Shown: one piece after another, positions 8,819 to 17,075 of the stretch
How positions within the stretch are numbered: the first letter of the stretch is position 1
Layout: each line of letters starts with the position of its first letter
Assembly: GCA_040902005.1 (NCBI GenBank)
Contig: JBBDYA010000125.1
Span: forward strand, 18,330-62,029
Source: Gemmatimonadaceae bacterium
Lineage (GTDB): Bacteria > Gemmatimonadota > Gemmatimonadetes > Gemmatimonadales > Gemmatimonadaceae
Length of the DNA: 43,700 nt
Direction of reading: 5' to 3'
The notes under the pieces: generated by a model
What the model was told of the DNA's origin: nothing
The model's input: only the letters and a program-made list of their open reading frames with translations
Databases searched by the model: none
Position numbers and translations under genes: made by a program

Positions 8819-9831
8819 CAGATCAGTCTCCGCTTCCGCAGAACGATGAGCAGCACCGCGGAGATTACCAGTTGCACCACAAGCATGAACCAGAAGGCGT
8901 GCGGGCTGTTCGCGAGCGGGATGTCCCGGAAATTCATCCCCCACATGCCACTCACGACGACGAACGGAATACTGATCGTCGCGACCACCGACAGTCCCTT
9001 GGTGACTGCGCCGAGTCGGTTGGACACCTGGGTCAGGTAACTGTCCAGCGTGCTGCTCAGCAGGTCCCGATAGGTCTCGAGCGACTCGTTGATGCGCAGA
9101 TTGTGGTCGTAAATGTCGCGGAAGTACATCTGTGACTCGGCCGCGAGCAGGTGGGACGGACGGTTGGTCAGGACGTTGAACACTTCGCGCTGCGGACTGA
9201 GGTGCCGTCGCAACGAAAGCACCATGCGCTTGACCGAAAAGATGTCCTGCAACACCGAATGGTCGAACTCCTTGAACACGCGGTCTTCCAGCCCCTCCGT
9301 AAAATCGTCGATGTGGTCGAGAAGCGGAAAATACGCGTCGACCGCACTGTCCATGATCGCGTGCATGACACGCTCGGCACCCTTGCGCAGTAGCTCCGGC
9401 TGTTGCGCCAGCCGGTTCATTACCGTGGCGATGGCCGGGGACTGGCCGCCGTGCACCGTGACGAGATAGTTCGGGCCAAGGAAAAAGGAGAGGTTGAAGG
9501 TCTCCATGTCGTATGGGTCTGGCGTCTCGATCTGGAGGCGCACACCCCGCACGATGGCAAAGAGAAAGCCATCGTATTCGTCCACTTTGACGCGGCTGTT
9601 CGGATTGAGTGCATCCTCGACCGCCAGCGGGTGGAATCCGAAGCAGATTTCGAGCAGCGAAATATGCGAGCGCAGGCGGATGTCCAGATCGACCCACAGT
9701 TCGCCTTTGCCGCCACGGACGACGTCGGCGATTTCCGTAACACCGAGATCCCGACGGAGCTGGCCCTCACGGTCGAGGTAAAAAACCCCCGGTCTGGGAG
9801 GATCGGCCGCCGCGGTGGCGGGGTCAGTCAT
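8818..9831 (-). CDS. corA: Magnesium/cobalt transporter CorA
   Basis: FHPLAVED, RDIYDH, GMN signature (GMWGMNF), two C-terminal hydrophobic helices. Confidence 0.93.
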   Translation of the reverse strand: MTDPATAAADPPRPGVFYLDREGQLRRDLGVTEIADVVRGGKGELWVDLDIRLRSHISLLEICFGFHPLAVEDALNPNSRVKVDEYDGFLFAIVRGVRLQIETPDPYDMETFNLSFFLGPNYLVTVHGGQSPAIATVMNRLAQQPELLRKGAERVMHAIMDSAVDAYFPLLDHIDDFTEGLEDRVFKEFDHSVLQDIFSVKRMVLSLRRHLSPQREVFNVLTNRPSHLLAAESQMYFRDIYDHNLRINESLETYRDLLSSTLDSYLTQVSNRLGAVTKGLSVVATISIPFVVVSGMWGMNFRDIPLANSPHAFWFMLVVQLVISAVLLIVLRKRRLI

Positions 9832-10775
9832 GCCCCGAAGCTACCCATTTCCCCAAGCGCGCGCATATGCGTGACGCAGGCCGCGCCCAGCCGTTCCGGC
9901 GCGTAGCCACCCTCCAGCGCGCTGACCACGCGCCCCCCGCACCAGACCTTCGCCCGACTGACCAACTCCGTCGTCAGTCGCTCGACATGTTCCAGCTCCA
10001 TGGTGAAGCCACCGAGCGGGTCGCCGTTGAGGGAATCGAAACCGGCCGAGATCAGCACGAGATCCGGGACAAATCCTCGCGCCGCGTCGTCCACCGCCGT
10101 GAGCAGCGCGCGTACGTACGCCGCGGGCGGCAGCGCCGCCTGCATGGGCACGTTCCACACGTTCCCGTGAGGCCCGCGATCCGACGCCGCGCCGGTGCCC
10201 GGGTACCAGGGCCACTGGTGCATGGAGATGAAGCGGATGTCGCGCTCCTGCTCCACCAGGGCCTGCGTACCGTTGCCGTGGTGAACGTCCCAGTCCACGA
10301 TCAGCACGCGCTCGAGCCCATGCCGCGCCCGCGCATGATGCGCGGCGATCGCGACGTTGCCAAACAGGCAGAATCCCATCGCGCGGTCGCGCAGGGCGTG
10401 GTGGCCGGGCGGACGCACCGCACAGAACGAGCGCGCTGCCGTGCCGGCGACTGCCATGTCCACCCCATCGAGCACGCTGCCCGCGCCCGCGGTGGCGGCA
10501 TCCCACGATCCCTCGCTCGCCACCGTGTCAGCGTCCAGCCGACCGCCGCCGGACGCCGCCAGCTCGCGCACGGAGCGGATATATCGGGCGTCGTGCGCCA
10601 GGGCGAGGTCGTCGTCCGTGGCGTGCCGGCCCTCCACATGCTGGAGCGCGTGATAGAGGTCGGGATCCTCGCGCAGCGCTCTGGGAATGGCGCGGATGCG
10701 TCCCACGTGCTCCGCGTGCCCCCAACCCGTATCATGCCGGCCGCAATCGGCATGGGAGATGAACGCCACTGTCAT
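9828..10775 (-). CDS. Histone deacetylase family (Zn-dependent lysine/polyamine deacetylase)
   Basis: RPPGHHA, GFCLF, DWDVHHGNGTQ, SAGFD, LEGGY; ATG at 10775. Confidence 0.93.
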   Translation of the reverse strand: MTVAFISHADCGRHDTGWGHAEHVGRIRAIPRALREDPDLYHALQHVEGRHATDDDLALAHDARYIRSVRELAASGGGRLDADTVASEGSWDAATAGAGSVLDGVDMAVAGTAARSFCAVRPPGHHALRDRAMGFCLFGNVAIAAHHARARHGLERVLIVDWDVHHGNGTQALVEQERDIRFISMHQWPWYPGTGAASDRGPHGNVWNVPMQAALPPAAYVRALLTAVDDAARGFVPDLVLISAGFDSLNGDPLGGFTMELEHVERLTTELVSRAKVWCGGRVVSALEGGYAPERLGAACVTHMRALGEMGSFGA

Positions 10776-10809
10776 GGGGAGCCCTGGCAAGCGCCGCCGG
10801 CTCAGGGCA

Positions 10810-11136
10810 TCAACGAACGGGTCGTCGGCGCCGGTAGGCGAGCAGCAGGATCCCGCCGTTCACCACGCCCGCGTCGGCCAGCGACGCCTGTTCGTCGAGC
10901 ACCTCCCAGCCGGCCAGCTTGAGCACGAAGTCGTCCGCGTACCGCTCTTGCGGGAAGAGCGTGGACAGGACGCGCTGCTTCACCTCGGCCACGGGCGTCG
11001 CGGAGCCGGCCACCACCCGGACCGTCGCCCAGATGTCGGACGCCTGCACACGGATCGTCCACGTATCCGCGCCGGCGGCGCCGATCTCGATCGGCGTGGG
11101 ACGCGCGCGCAACTGCGTGGCCAGCCCTGCGCTCAC
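10810..11136 (-). CDS. Ubiquitin-like beta-grasp protein (YukD/EsaB-like), 108 aa
   Basis: TPVAEVKQRV...FVLKLAGWEVLDEQASLADAGVVNGGILLL mirrors the ubiquitin pattern; GTG overlaps the upstream stop (GTGA); embedded in ORF 10810..11718. Confidence 0.7.
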   Translation of the reverse strand: MSAGLATQLRARPTPIEIGAAGADTWTIRVQASDIWATVRVVAGSATPVAEVKQRVLSTLFPQERYADDFVLKLAGWEVLDEQASLADAGVVNGGILLLAYRRRRPVR

Positions 11137-11420
11137 TGCGCCACCGGCGGAAGCACCGTGAAGAACCGCGCGACCTGCATGTCGAAGAGATAGGTGGACC
11201 CCGTCACCAGCGTGCCGTCCCCCCCCCCCTTCGGGGTCGCGGCGATCACGATCTCCTCCCCGCCCTGGCCGCGAAAGGTCACGAAGGTCGGTCCTTCCTT
11301 GTCGAGAAAAGCCGAGTACAGCGAGCTGCGCTCCGCGAAGAACTCCTTGGCGCGAGCCAGCACGTCCCCGGGGGGCAGCGACGTGAGGTACTCCTGTACC
11401 GTGCGGTGTGACGAGGTCAT
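11133..11420 (-). CDS. Hypothetical protein, 95 aa
   Basis: 4-nt overlaps with both neighbours; globular alpha/beta-like composition. Confidence 0.75.
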   Translation of the reverse strand: MTSSHRTVQEYLTSLPPGDVLARAKEFFAERSSLYSAFLDKEGPTFVTFRGQGGEEIVIAATPKGGGDGTLVTGSTYLFDMQVARFFTVLPPVAQ

Positions 11421-12766
11421 GACTCGATGAGGAGCAGGGGCAGGTCCACCGTAAAGGTAGAGCCTTTGCCCCGCTCCGACGACAGGGCGACCTCGCCCCC
11501 CAGCACCTGCGCCAGCCGCCGCGCGATCGCGAGCCCCAGCCCCGACCCGCCGTACCGGCGCGTGGCGGACCCATCCTCCTGCCGGAACTCGTCGAAGACG
11601 AATCGCTGCGCGTCGTCCGAGATCCCCACCCCCGTGTCCGCAATCTCGAAGCAGACGCGGCCTCCGCTGGCCGCGATCGACACCCGCACTTCCCCCGCCT
11701 CGGTGAACTTGAACGCATTGCCCAGGATCGCCGCCAGGAGGCGCACCACCTTCCGGCGGTCGCTCCGCATCTTCGGCAGCGCGACGTCCTGTTCGAGCAC
11801 CAGCGTCACGGACTCACGCCGCCCGTTGGTGGTCGCAAGGGCATCACGCACCGCGTCGCGCGGATTGAACTCCGTAGGCTGGACCGCGAGCGTGCCGCGC
11901 TTGAGCGAGGTGAGCTCCAGCAGGTCACCGATCAGCTCGAGCAGGTGGTCGCTCGAGTCCTTCACCTGCCGGAGCGTGTGTTGCTGTTCCTCCGTGATTG
12001 GGCCGGCCACGCCCTCCTCCATCAGGGAGAGGTAGCCCAGCACGGCGGTGAGCGGGGTGCGCAACTCGTGCGATACGTTCGCCAGAAATTCGTCCTGGAG
12101 CCGGCGCGCCTCGAGCACGGCCACGTACTGCCGCTCCAGTTCGGCGTTCGTGGTCTGGAGGGCCACGTTCGAGCGCGAGAGGTCGTCGATCAGGCGCGCC
12201 TTTTCCGCCGTCGCGGCCATCTGATCGGCGACCACGCGCAGCAACCCGCGCGCGTCCGCGCTCAGCGCCCCGGCGGCGGCGAAGTAGAACGTGACGGCGC
12301 CGAGCACGCTGTCCGCGGACTGGAGCGGGAGGGCGACGATCGAGCGGAAGCCGAGTTCGTGGGCCACGTCGCGCCAGTCCTCCAGCGCCGCATCGGCGAA
12401 TACGTCGGGCACCTCGATGGTGCGCTGCTCGCTCACCGCCTGTCCGCTGGGCCCCAGCCCCACGCGCACGCGCATCGCCTCCAGGAACCGGGCGTAGCGC
12501 TCCGGCCAGTTGTGTGCGGCGGCGATCTTCAGCAACGGCGCATCGCCATCACGGAGAAAGACGCACGCGAGGGCGGCCCCGACCAGCGGACTCACGCGAT
12601 CCAGCGCGAGCTGATAGACGTCGTCCGGTCGCGGCGCGGTGAGAAACGCCTGGGCGATCTCGCGGACCGCGATGAGTTCACGGAAGCCGGGATCAGCGGA
12701 GTCGAGCAAGAGCGGCCGACTACGCTCCATGGCCGCGGACATCATGTTCAGTGGCGCAGGGCTCAC
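11417..12766 (-). CDS. GAF-domain sensor histidine kinase
   Basis: GAF (GPSGQAV, SIVALPL, LGAV), coiled coil, NVSHELRTPL, GNAFKFT, DTGVG, GSGLGL; start could be 12766, 12745 or 12730. Confidence 0.92.
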   Translation of the reverse strand: MSPAPLNMMSAAMERSRPLLLDSADPGFRELIAVREIAQAFLTAPRPDDVYQLALDRVSPLVGAALACVFLRDGDAPLLKIAAAHNWPERYARFLEAMRVRVGLGPSGQAVSEQRTIEVPDVFADAALEDWRDVAHELGFRSIVALPLQSADSVLGAVTFYFAAAGALSADARGLLRVVADQMAATAEKARLIDDLSRSNVALQTTNAELERQYVAVLEARRLQDEFLANVSHELRTPLTAVLGYLSLMEEGVAGPITEEQQHTLRQVKDSSDHLLELIGDLLELTSLKRGTLAVQPTEFNPRDAVRDALATTNGRRESVTLVLEQDVALPKMRSDRRKVVRLLAAILGNAFKFTEAGEVRVSIAASGGRVCFEIADTGVGISDDAQRFVFDEFRQEDGSATRRYGGSGLGLAIARRLAQVLGGEVALSSERGKGSTFTVDLPLLLIES

Positions 12767-12866
12767 GGACTGGGAAACTACTACTGTGTGCGCTCCGAGG
12801 CCAGCGTGGATGCTGGCGTGCCCGGCCTGCTGCGTCGCGGCGGCAGGTTTTTCGGCCGACCTGGAA

Positions 12867-13547
12867 CTACTTCTTCGGCGCCAGTGCCCGGATCTCCAGC
12901 CGATGCACCAGCACGTCCGGCGGCGTAGACACCACGTGCGCCACGCTCTCCGCGACCTCCGCGGGGCTCAGCATCCAGCTCGCGTCGGCGCGCTGCGAGA
13001 AGTCCGTGTCCACGGACCCGGGATTCACGATCGAAACCTTCACGCCCTGGTCGCGCACCTCCAGCATCAGGCACTCCGCGAACGCCTGTGCGGCGTGCTT
13101 GGTGGACGCGTAGGCCGTTCCGCCCGGAAACGCGCTGCGGCCGGCGATGGATCCGATGACCACCACGTGTCCGCGCCTGCGCGCGATCATGCGCGGCAAC
13201 AGGGCCCGGGTCACGTGGAACAGGGCGTTGAAGTTGACGTCCACCATCGTGTGCCACTCCCGGGGTGTGAGCTCCAGCATCGGCTTCATGGGTCCCACGC
13301 CGGCGTTGTTCACGAGCACGTCGGCGTCCACGCCATGCAGCGCGTTGGCCACGGCCTCCGCGTTGGCGACGTCCACGACGGCGACCGCGCACGTTCCGCC
13401 GCTCGCGCGCACGTCGCGCGCGAGTCCCTCCAGCGCATCGGTGGACCGCGCCAGCGCGAGGATCTCGTAGTCGCGCGCGAGCCGCAGCGCGATGGCGCGC
13501 CCAATGCCCCGCGATGCTCCGGTGATGACAGCCAGGGGTCGAGCCAT
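12867..13547 (-). CDS. Short-chain dehydrogenase/reductase
   Basis: TGASRGIG, NNAG, catalytic YASTK, PGSVDT. Confidence 0.93.
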   Translation of the reverse strand: MARPLAVITGASRGIGRAIALRLARDYEILALARSTDALEGLARDVRASGGTCAVAVVDVANAEAVANALHGVDADVLVNNAGVGPMKPMLELTPREWHTMVDVNFNALFHVTRALLPRMIARRRGHVVVIGSIAGRSAFPGGTAYASTKHAAQAFAECLMLEVRDQGVKVSIVNPGSVDTDFSQRADASWMLSPAEVAESVAHVVSTPPDVLVHRLEIRALAPKK

Positions 13548-13560
13548 GTGGCCTCCGTGC

Positions 13561-15087
13561 TCAGCCGAGCAGCCGCTCGATCTGTCGAATCAGCGGCGCG
13601 AAAGACAGGGTCTTGCCCGCTACGCGCTGCGCCTGCTCGTCCGCGAGTTCGCGCTGCCCCTCGCCAAAGAGGGACTGGACGATCCATGGTCCGCCGCGCG
13701 GGTTGCGCCACCAGTCCTCGTTGTAGCGCCCGACCAGGGTCTCGGTGAGCAGGGCCTGATGCTGCCAGGCGCGCAGGTAGCGCGCCGAGTAGTAGCGCGG
13801 GTCCACATCCACGAACGCATCCGCCGGCCCGTACCGGAACGATGTCGCGGTGGTGAGCAGGTCCACGTACAGGTCGGGGAGCGCGTCCCACGTTACGCCG
13901 CCGCCGTACAGCTGCGTTTCGTAGATCAACTTCGCGCAGTAGCGCCGGAGGAAATGCAGTTCCTCGAATGCCCCGGCGCGCAGAAAGCTCCGGACCCGGG
14001 TCTCGCCCACGTCCGTGTAGCGTTTCAGCCATCCCGCATCCTGCATGAGATGGTCGAACAGCATCGCGTACGACTCGGTCACCGAGTTGTCGCCCAGCCA
14101 GCGGTACTCGAACGGATGGTCCGGGCGCATGTACGCGAAGTGGAGCGCGTGCCCGAGTTCGTGAAGAAACGTGTTCCAGTCGGTCTGGCCGCCGTGCGGC
14201 CGCAGCACGAGGTACACCTCGTCGGGCACGCGCACCGGCGCGCAGAACGCGCGCGCGCGCTTCCCCTCGCGTTCGCCGGTATCCAGGTGGATTCGCCCGT
14301 TCGCGGTGGGATCGATCGCCATCTCGCGCACCTGGCGGTGGACGCGCGACTCCATTTCGCGCGCGGGGAAGTACGCGTCGAACTCGCGCGCGCGCATCAG
14401 CGCCAGGGCGTCGGACCGCATGGCATCGCGCGGCTCGATGCCCAGCACACGCTTCACGAACTCGCGGAAGGTCTCGTCCCACGCGGCCTGGGTGTCGCGG
14501 AGAAACTGCTCGCACTGGGCCCGGAGGTCCCCGAGCGAGATGCCGCTCAGCAGCTCCCACGTAGCGTTATATCCGTCGGCGAGATCGAGCCGCTCGATGA
14601 TGTCGCGCTCGCGCTGAAAGTGCTCGCGCCGCAGGGGCGCCAGTTCGCGTTCCACGAGCGACGCGCGCGCGGACTCGATCGCCAGCCGGCGCGGGCGGTC
14701 GGTGGCATTCGCCATCTCGATCGCCGTGCGCTCGTACGGTACCGTGTCGCCGTCGGCCAGCGCAACGATGGCGGACGCCTCCCAGGCGATCTCGCGCTCC
14801 AGCAGCGGGGCCAGCACGCGGGAGCTCTGGGACTCTGCCTGCCAGTCCAGCAGGAAGCGCGTCTGCCGGTACTCCTCACTTCCCGCGGCGGCGCTCTTGA
14901 AGGCATCCAGCGCGAATCCCAGCGACTCCTCGCTCAGGCACGACGCGTACTTCTCGTACAACGGCTGCAGTTCCGCGGTGGGCTTCAGCCCGGAGGCCGC
15001 CAGGTAGTATTCGCGCGAGATCTCCTCGGAGAACGCCTGGCCGTCGCGGCGCAGCCGCTCCAGGGAGAGGATCGCGGTGGACGCCAT
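13561..15087 (-). CDS. Gluzincin metallopeptidase (M3/M32-like)
   Basis: HELGHALH zinc motif, downstream VTESYA candidate third ligand, GKRARAFC motif. Confidence 0.7.
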   Translation of the reverse strand: MASTAILSLERLRRDGQAFSEEISREYYLAASGLKPTAELQPLYEKYASCLSEESLGFALDAFKSAAAGSEEYRQTRFLLDWQAESQSSRVLAPLLEREIAWEASAIVALADGDTVPYERTAIEMANATDRPRRLAIESARASLVERELAPLRREHFQRERDIIERLDLADGYNATWELLSGISLGDLRAQCEQFLRDTQAAWDETFREFVKRVLGIEPRDAMRSDALALMRAREFDAYFPAREMESRVHRQVREMAIDPTANGRIHLDTGEREGKRARAFCAPVRVPDEVYLVLRPHGGQTDWNTFLHELGHALHFAYMRPDHPFEYRWLGDNSVTESYAMLFDHLMQDAGWLKRYTDVGETRVRSFLRAGAFEELHFLRRYCAKLIYETQLYGGGVTWDALPDLYVDLLTTATSFRYGPADAFVDVDPRYYSARYLRAWQHQALLTETLVGRYNEDWWRNPRGGPWIVQSLFGEGQRELADEQAQRVAGKTLSFAPLIRQIERLLG

Positions 15088-15100
15088 CACCGCTGGTGCG

Positions 15101-16459
15101 TCATTTGAGACGCGGGGCGATCCATTCTCCCACCCGGTCCGCCGCGACGCGATCCTGCTTCAGCGTGTCGCGGTCGCGGATCGTGACGGTCGCATCCACG
15201 ATCGTCTGGCCGTCCACGGTGACGCAGAACGGCGTTCCGATCTCATCCTGCCGGCGATAGCGGCGGCCGATCGCGCCAGACTCGTCGTGAAACACCGGGA
15301 ACTGCGCGCGCAGCTCGGCGGCAAGCTTCTCGGCGAATTCCGGCATGCCGTCCTTCTTCACCAGCGGAAAGATCCCCGCCTTGATCGGCGCCAGCGACGC
15401 CGGCAGCCTGAGCAACGTGCGCCCTTCGTCCTCGCCCTCGACCTTCTCCTCCACGTAGCCGTTCACGAGGAGCGCGAGCAGGGTGCGATTGGGTCCGCAC
15501 GCGGTTTCGACGATGAACGGCACGTAGCGGCGGTTGTTCGCCTGGTCCACGTACTCCAGCCGCTTGCCGGAGAACGTCTGGTGTTGCGTGAGATCAAAGT
15601 CGCCCCGGTTGTGCACCCCTTCCAGTTCCGCGAAACCGAGCGCGCCACCGAAATCGAAGTGGATGTCCGTCGCGGCACGGGCGTAGTGCGCCAGTTCGTC
15701 CTTCGCCTGGTCGTAGTACTTCAGGCGGTCGGGCGCGAGGCCGAGTCCCTGGTGCCAGTCCATCCGCCATGCGCGCCACTTGTCGAACCATTCCATGTCC
15801 GTGCCCGGCTCGACGAAGAACTGCATCTCCATCTGCTCGAACTCACGCGTGCGAAAAATGAAGTTGCCGGGGGTGATCTCGTTGCGGAACGCCTTCCCGA
15901 TCTGCGCGATCCCGAAGGGCACGCGCTGGCGCGTGGCCTGCTGCACGTTGAGAAAGTTCACGTACGTTCCCTGCGCCGTTTCCGGCCGCAGGTAGACGGT
16001 GGCGGCGGTTTCCTCCACCGGCCCCATGAACGTCTTGAACATCAGGTTGAACTGGCGCGGCTCGCCGACCGTGCCCTTCTTCCCGCAACTCGGACACTGG
16101 GCCTCCGGCGTGCCCGGCGCGCCCTTGAGTCCCGGGTCGTCCGCGCGAAAGCGACGCTTGCAGTTGGAGCACTCGACCAGCGGATCCACGAACCCGCTCA
16201 CATGGCCGCTGGCCTCCCACACCTTCGGGTGCATGAGGATTGCCGAATCCAGCCCTTCCACGTCGTCCCGCAGCCGCACCATGTCCCGCCACCAGCGGTC
16301 CTGGAGATTGCGCTTGAGCTCCACGCCCAGGGGCCCGTAGTCCCAGACCGAGCCAGTGCCGCCGTAGATCTCCGACGACTGGAAGATGAAGCCGCGCCGC
16401 TTGCAGAGCGACACGAGCTTGTCGAGCACGTCAGGAGATGAAGATGTCTGGGCAGCCAT
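15101..16459 (-). CDS. glyQS: Glycine--tRNA ligase, alpha2 type
   Basis: KRRGFIF, YGPLG, LRPETAQG, FRNEITP, REFEQME; anticodon domain IGRRYRRQDEIGTP. Confidence 0.97.
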   Translation of the reverse strand: MAAQTSSSPDVLDKLVSLCKRRGFIFQSSEIYGGTGSVWDYGPLGVELKRNLQDRWWRDMVRLRDDVEGLDSAILMHPKVWEASGHVSGFVDPLVECSNCKRRFRADDPGLKGAPGTPEAQCPSCGKKGTVGEPRQFNLMFKTFMGPVEETAATVYLRPETAQGTYVNFLNVQQATRQRVPFGIAQIGKAFRNEITPGNFIFRTREFEQMEMQFFVEPGTDMEWFDKWRAWRMDWHQGLGLAPDRLKYYDQAKDELAHYARAATDIHFDFGGALGFAELEGVHNRGDFDLTQHQTFSGKRLEYVDQANNRRYVPFIVETACGPNRTLLALLVNGYVEEKVEGEDEGRTLLRLPASLAPIKAGIFPLVKKDGMPEFAEKLAAELRAQFPVFHDESGAIGRRYRRQDEIGTPFCVTVDGQTIVDATVTIRDRDTLKQDRVAADRVGEWIAPRLK

Positions 16460-16553
16460 GCGGGATTGCGAGATTGCGGAAAGATGTGCCCGCGAGCGTC
16501 AGGCCTGAGGAGCCGTCCTCCGGGAGCCGAAAGCTGGCCCCCAACGGGGCTGC

Positions 16554-16859
16554 GTGGAAGCCCACTGGGATGTCGCAGGATTCGAACCTTTTTCCGGTCC
16601 GGGACCCTCCTCTGTGGCCACAGAATACTTCACCATCAGCCTGGGAGTCGGCGCCGCTCTGACCGGGCTGGCGATCGGCTTCGATCAGAAGTACTTCGAC
16701 TCCGCGAACCCAACGCATGTGCTGATCGTCTGCGCGGTCGCCTTCTTGTATGCCCAGACAGACTTCCTGGCCGGTGTCATCGCATCGCGACAGAACGCAG
16801 CCAATGCCAGGGTGCTCCGCGCCCTGGAGCTTTTTGACGACCGGCTCCCCCAGCGCTGA
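16554..16859 (+). CDS. Small putative membrane protein or gene remnant
   Basis: 101-aa ORF with two hydrophobic stretches; start uncertain. Confidence 0.35.
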   Translation: MEAHWDVAGFEPFSGPGPSSVATEYFTISLGVGAALTGLAIGFDQKYFDSANPTHVLIVCAVAFLYAQTDFLAGVIASRQNAANARVLRALELFDDRLPQR

Positions 16860-16863
16860 AGCC

Positions 16864-16965
16864 ATGACGCGTCTGGAACCGCCGCCGCTCGACTGGCCCG
16901 TGCTGCGCGCGCAGGCCGGTGATCGCGACGCCGTCGAGCTCCTGCTCCTGGGCAGCGACACCTGA
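16864..16965 (+). pseudogene. N-terminal remnant of an ECF sigma factor
   Basis: MTRLEPPPLDWPVLRAQAGDRDAVELLL resembles the LV.RAQ.GD..AF..L start of ECF sigma factors, then stops after 33 aa. Confidence 0.5.
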
Positions 16966-17075
16966 GCGGAGCCAAGCCACCGGAGTTCATGCGAATGAAG
17001 TTGATGTCCTCGAGGGCGCCCTGGACGTTCCCCGCGTGATATCGGGCTGGGGCGCGCATGAGAATTGGCTTCTCG

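Noticed and set aside
8204..9697. 497-aa ORF as a long GvpF fusion or a gas vesicle operon
   Set aside because: The upstream portion is an off-frame overlap of corA; no other gvp genes are present.
12826..12852. Hairpin plus T5 on the plus strand between the SDR and GAF kinase genes
   Set aside because: Antisense to both flanking genes and the stem is weak; not supportable as their terminator.
16475..16492. GGGCACATCTTTCCGC as a sigma54 promoter for glyQS
   Set aside because: GG to GC spacing is 11 nt and the -12 element is poor.
16566..16590. tRNA-like T-loop GGTTCGAATCC followed by ...CCA on the minus strand upstream of glyQS
   Set aside because: T-stem pairs only 3 bp and no acceptor, D or anticodon arms can be built; no T-box consensus or integrase nearby.
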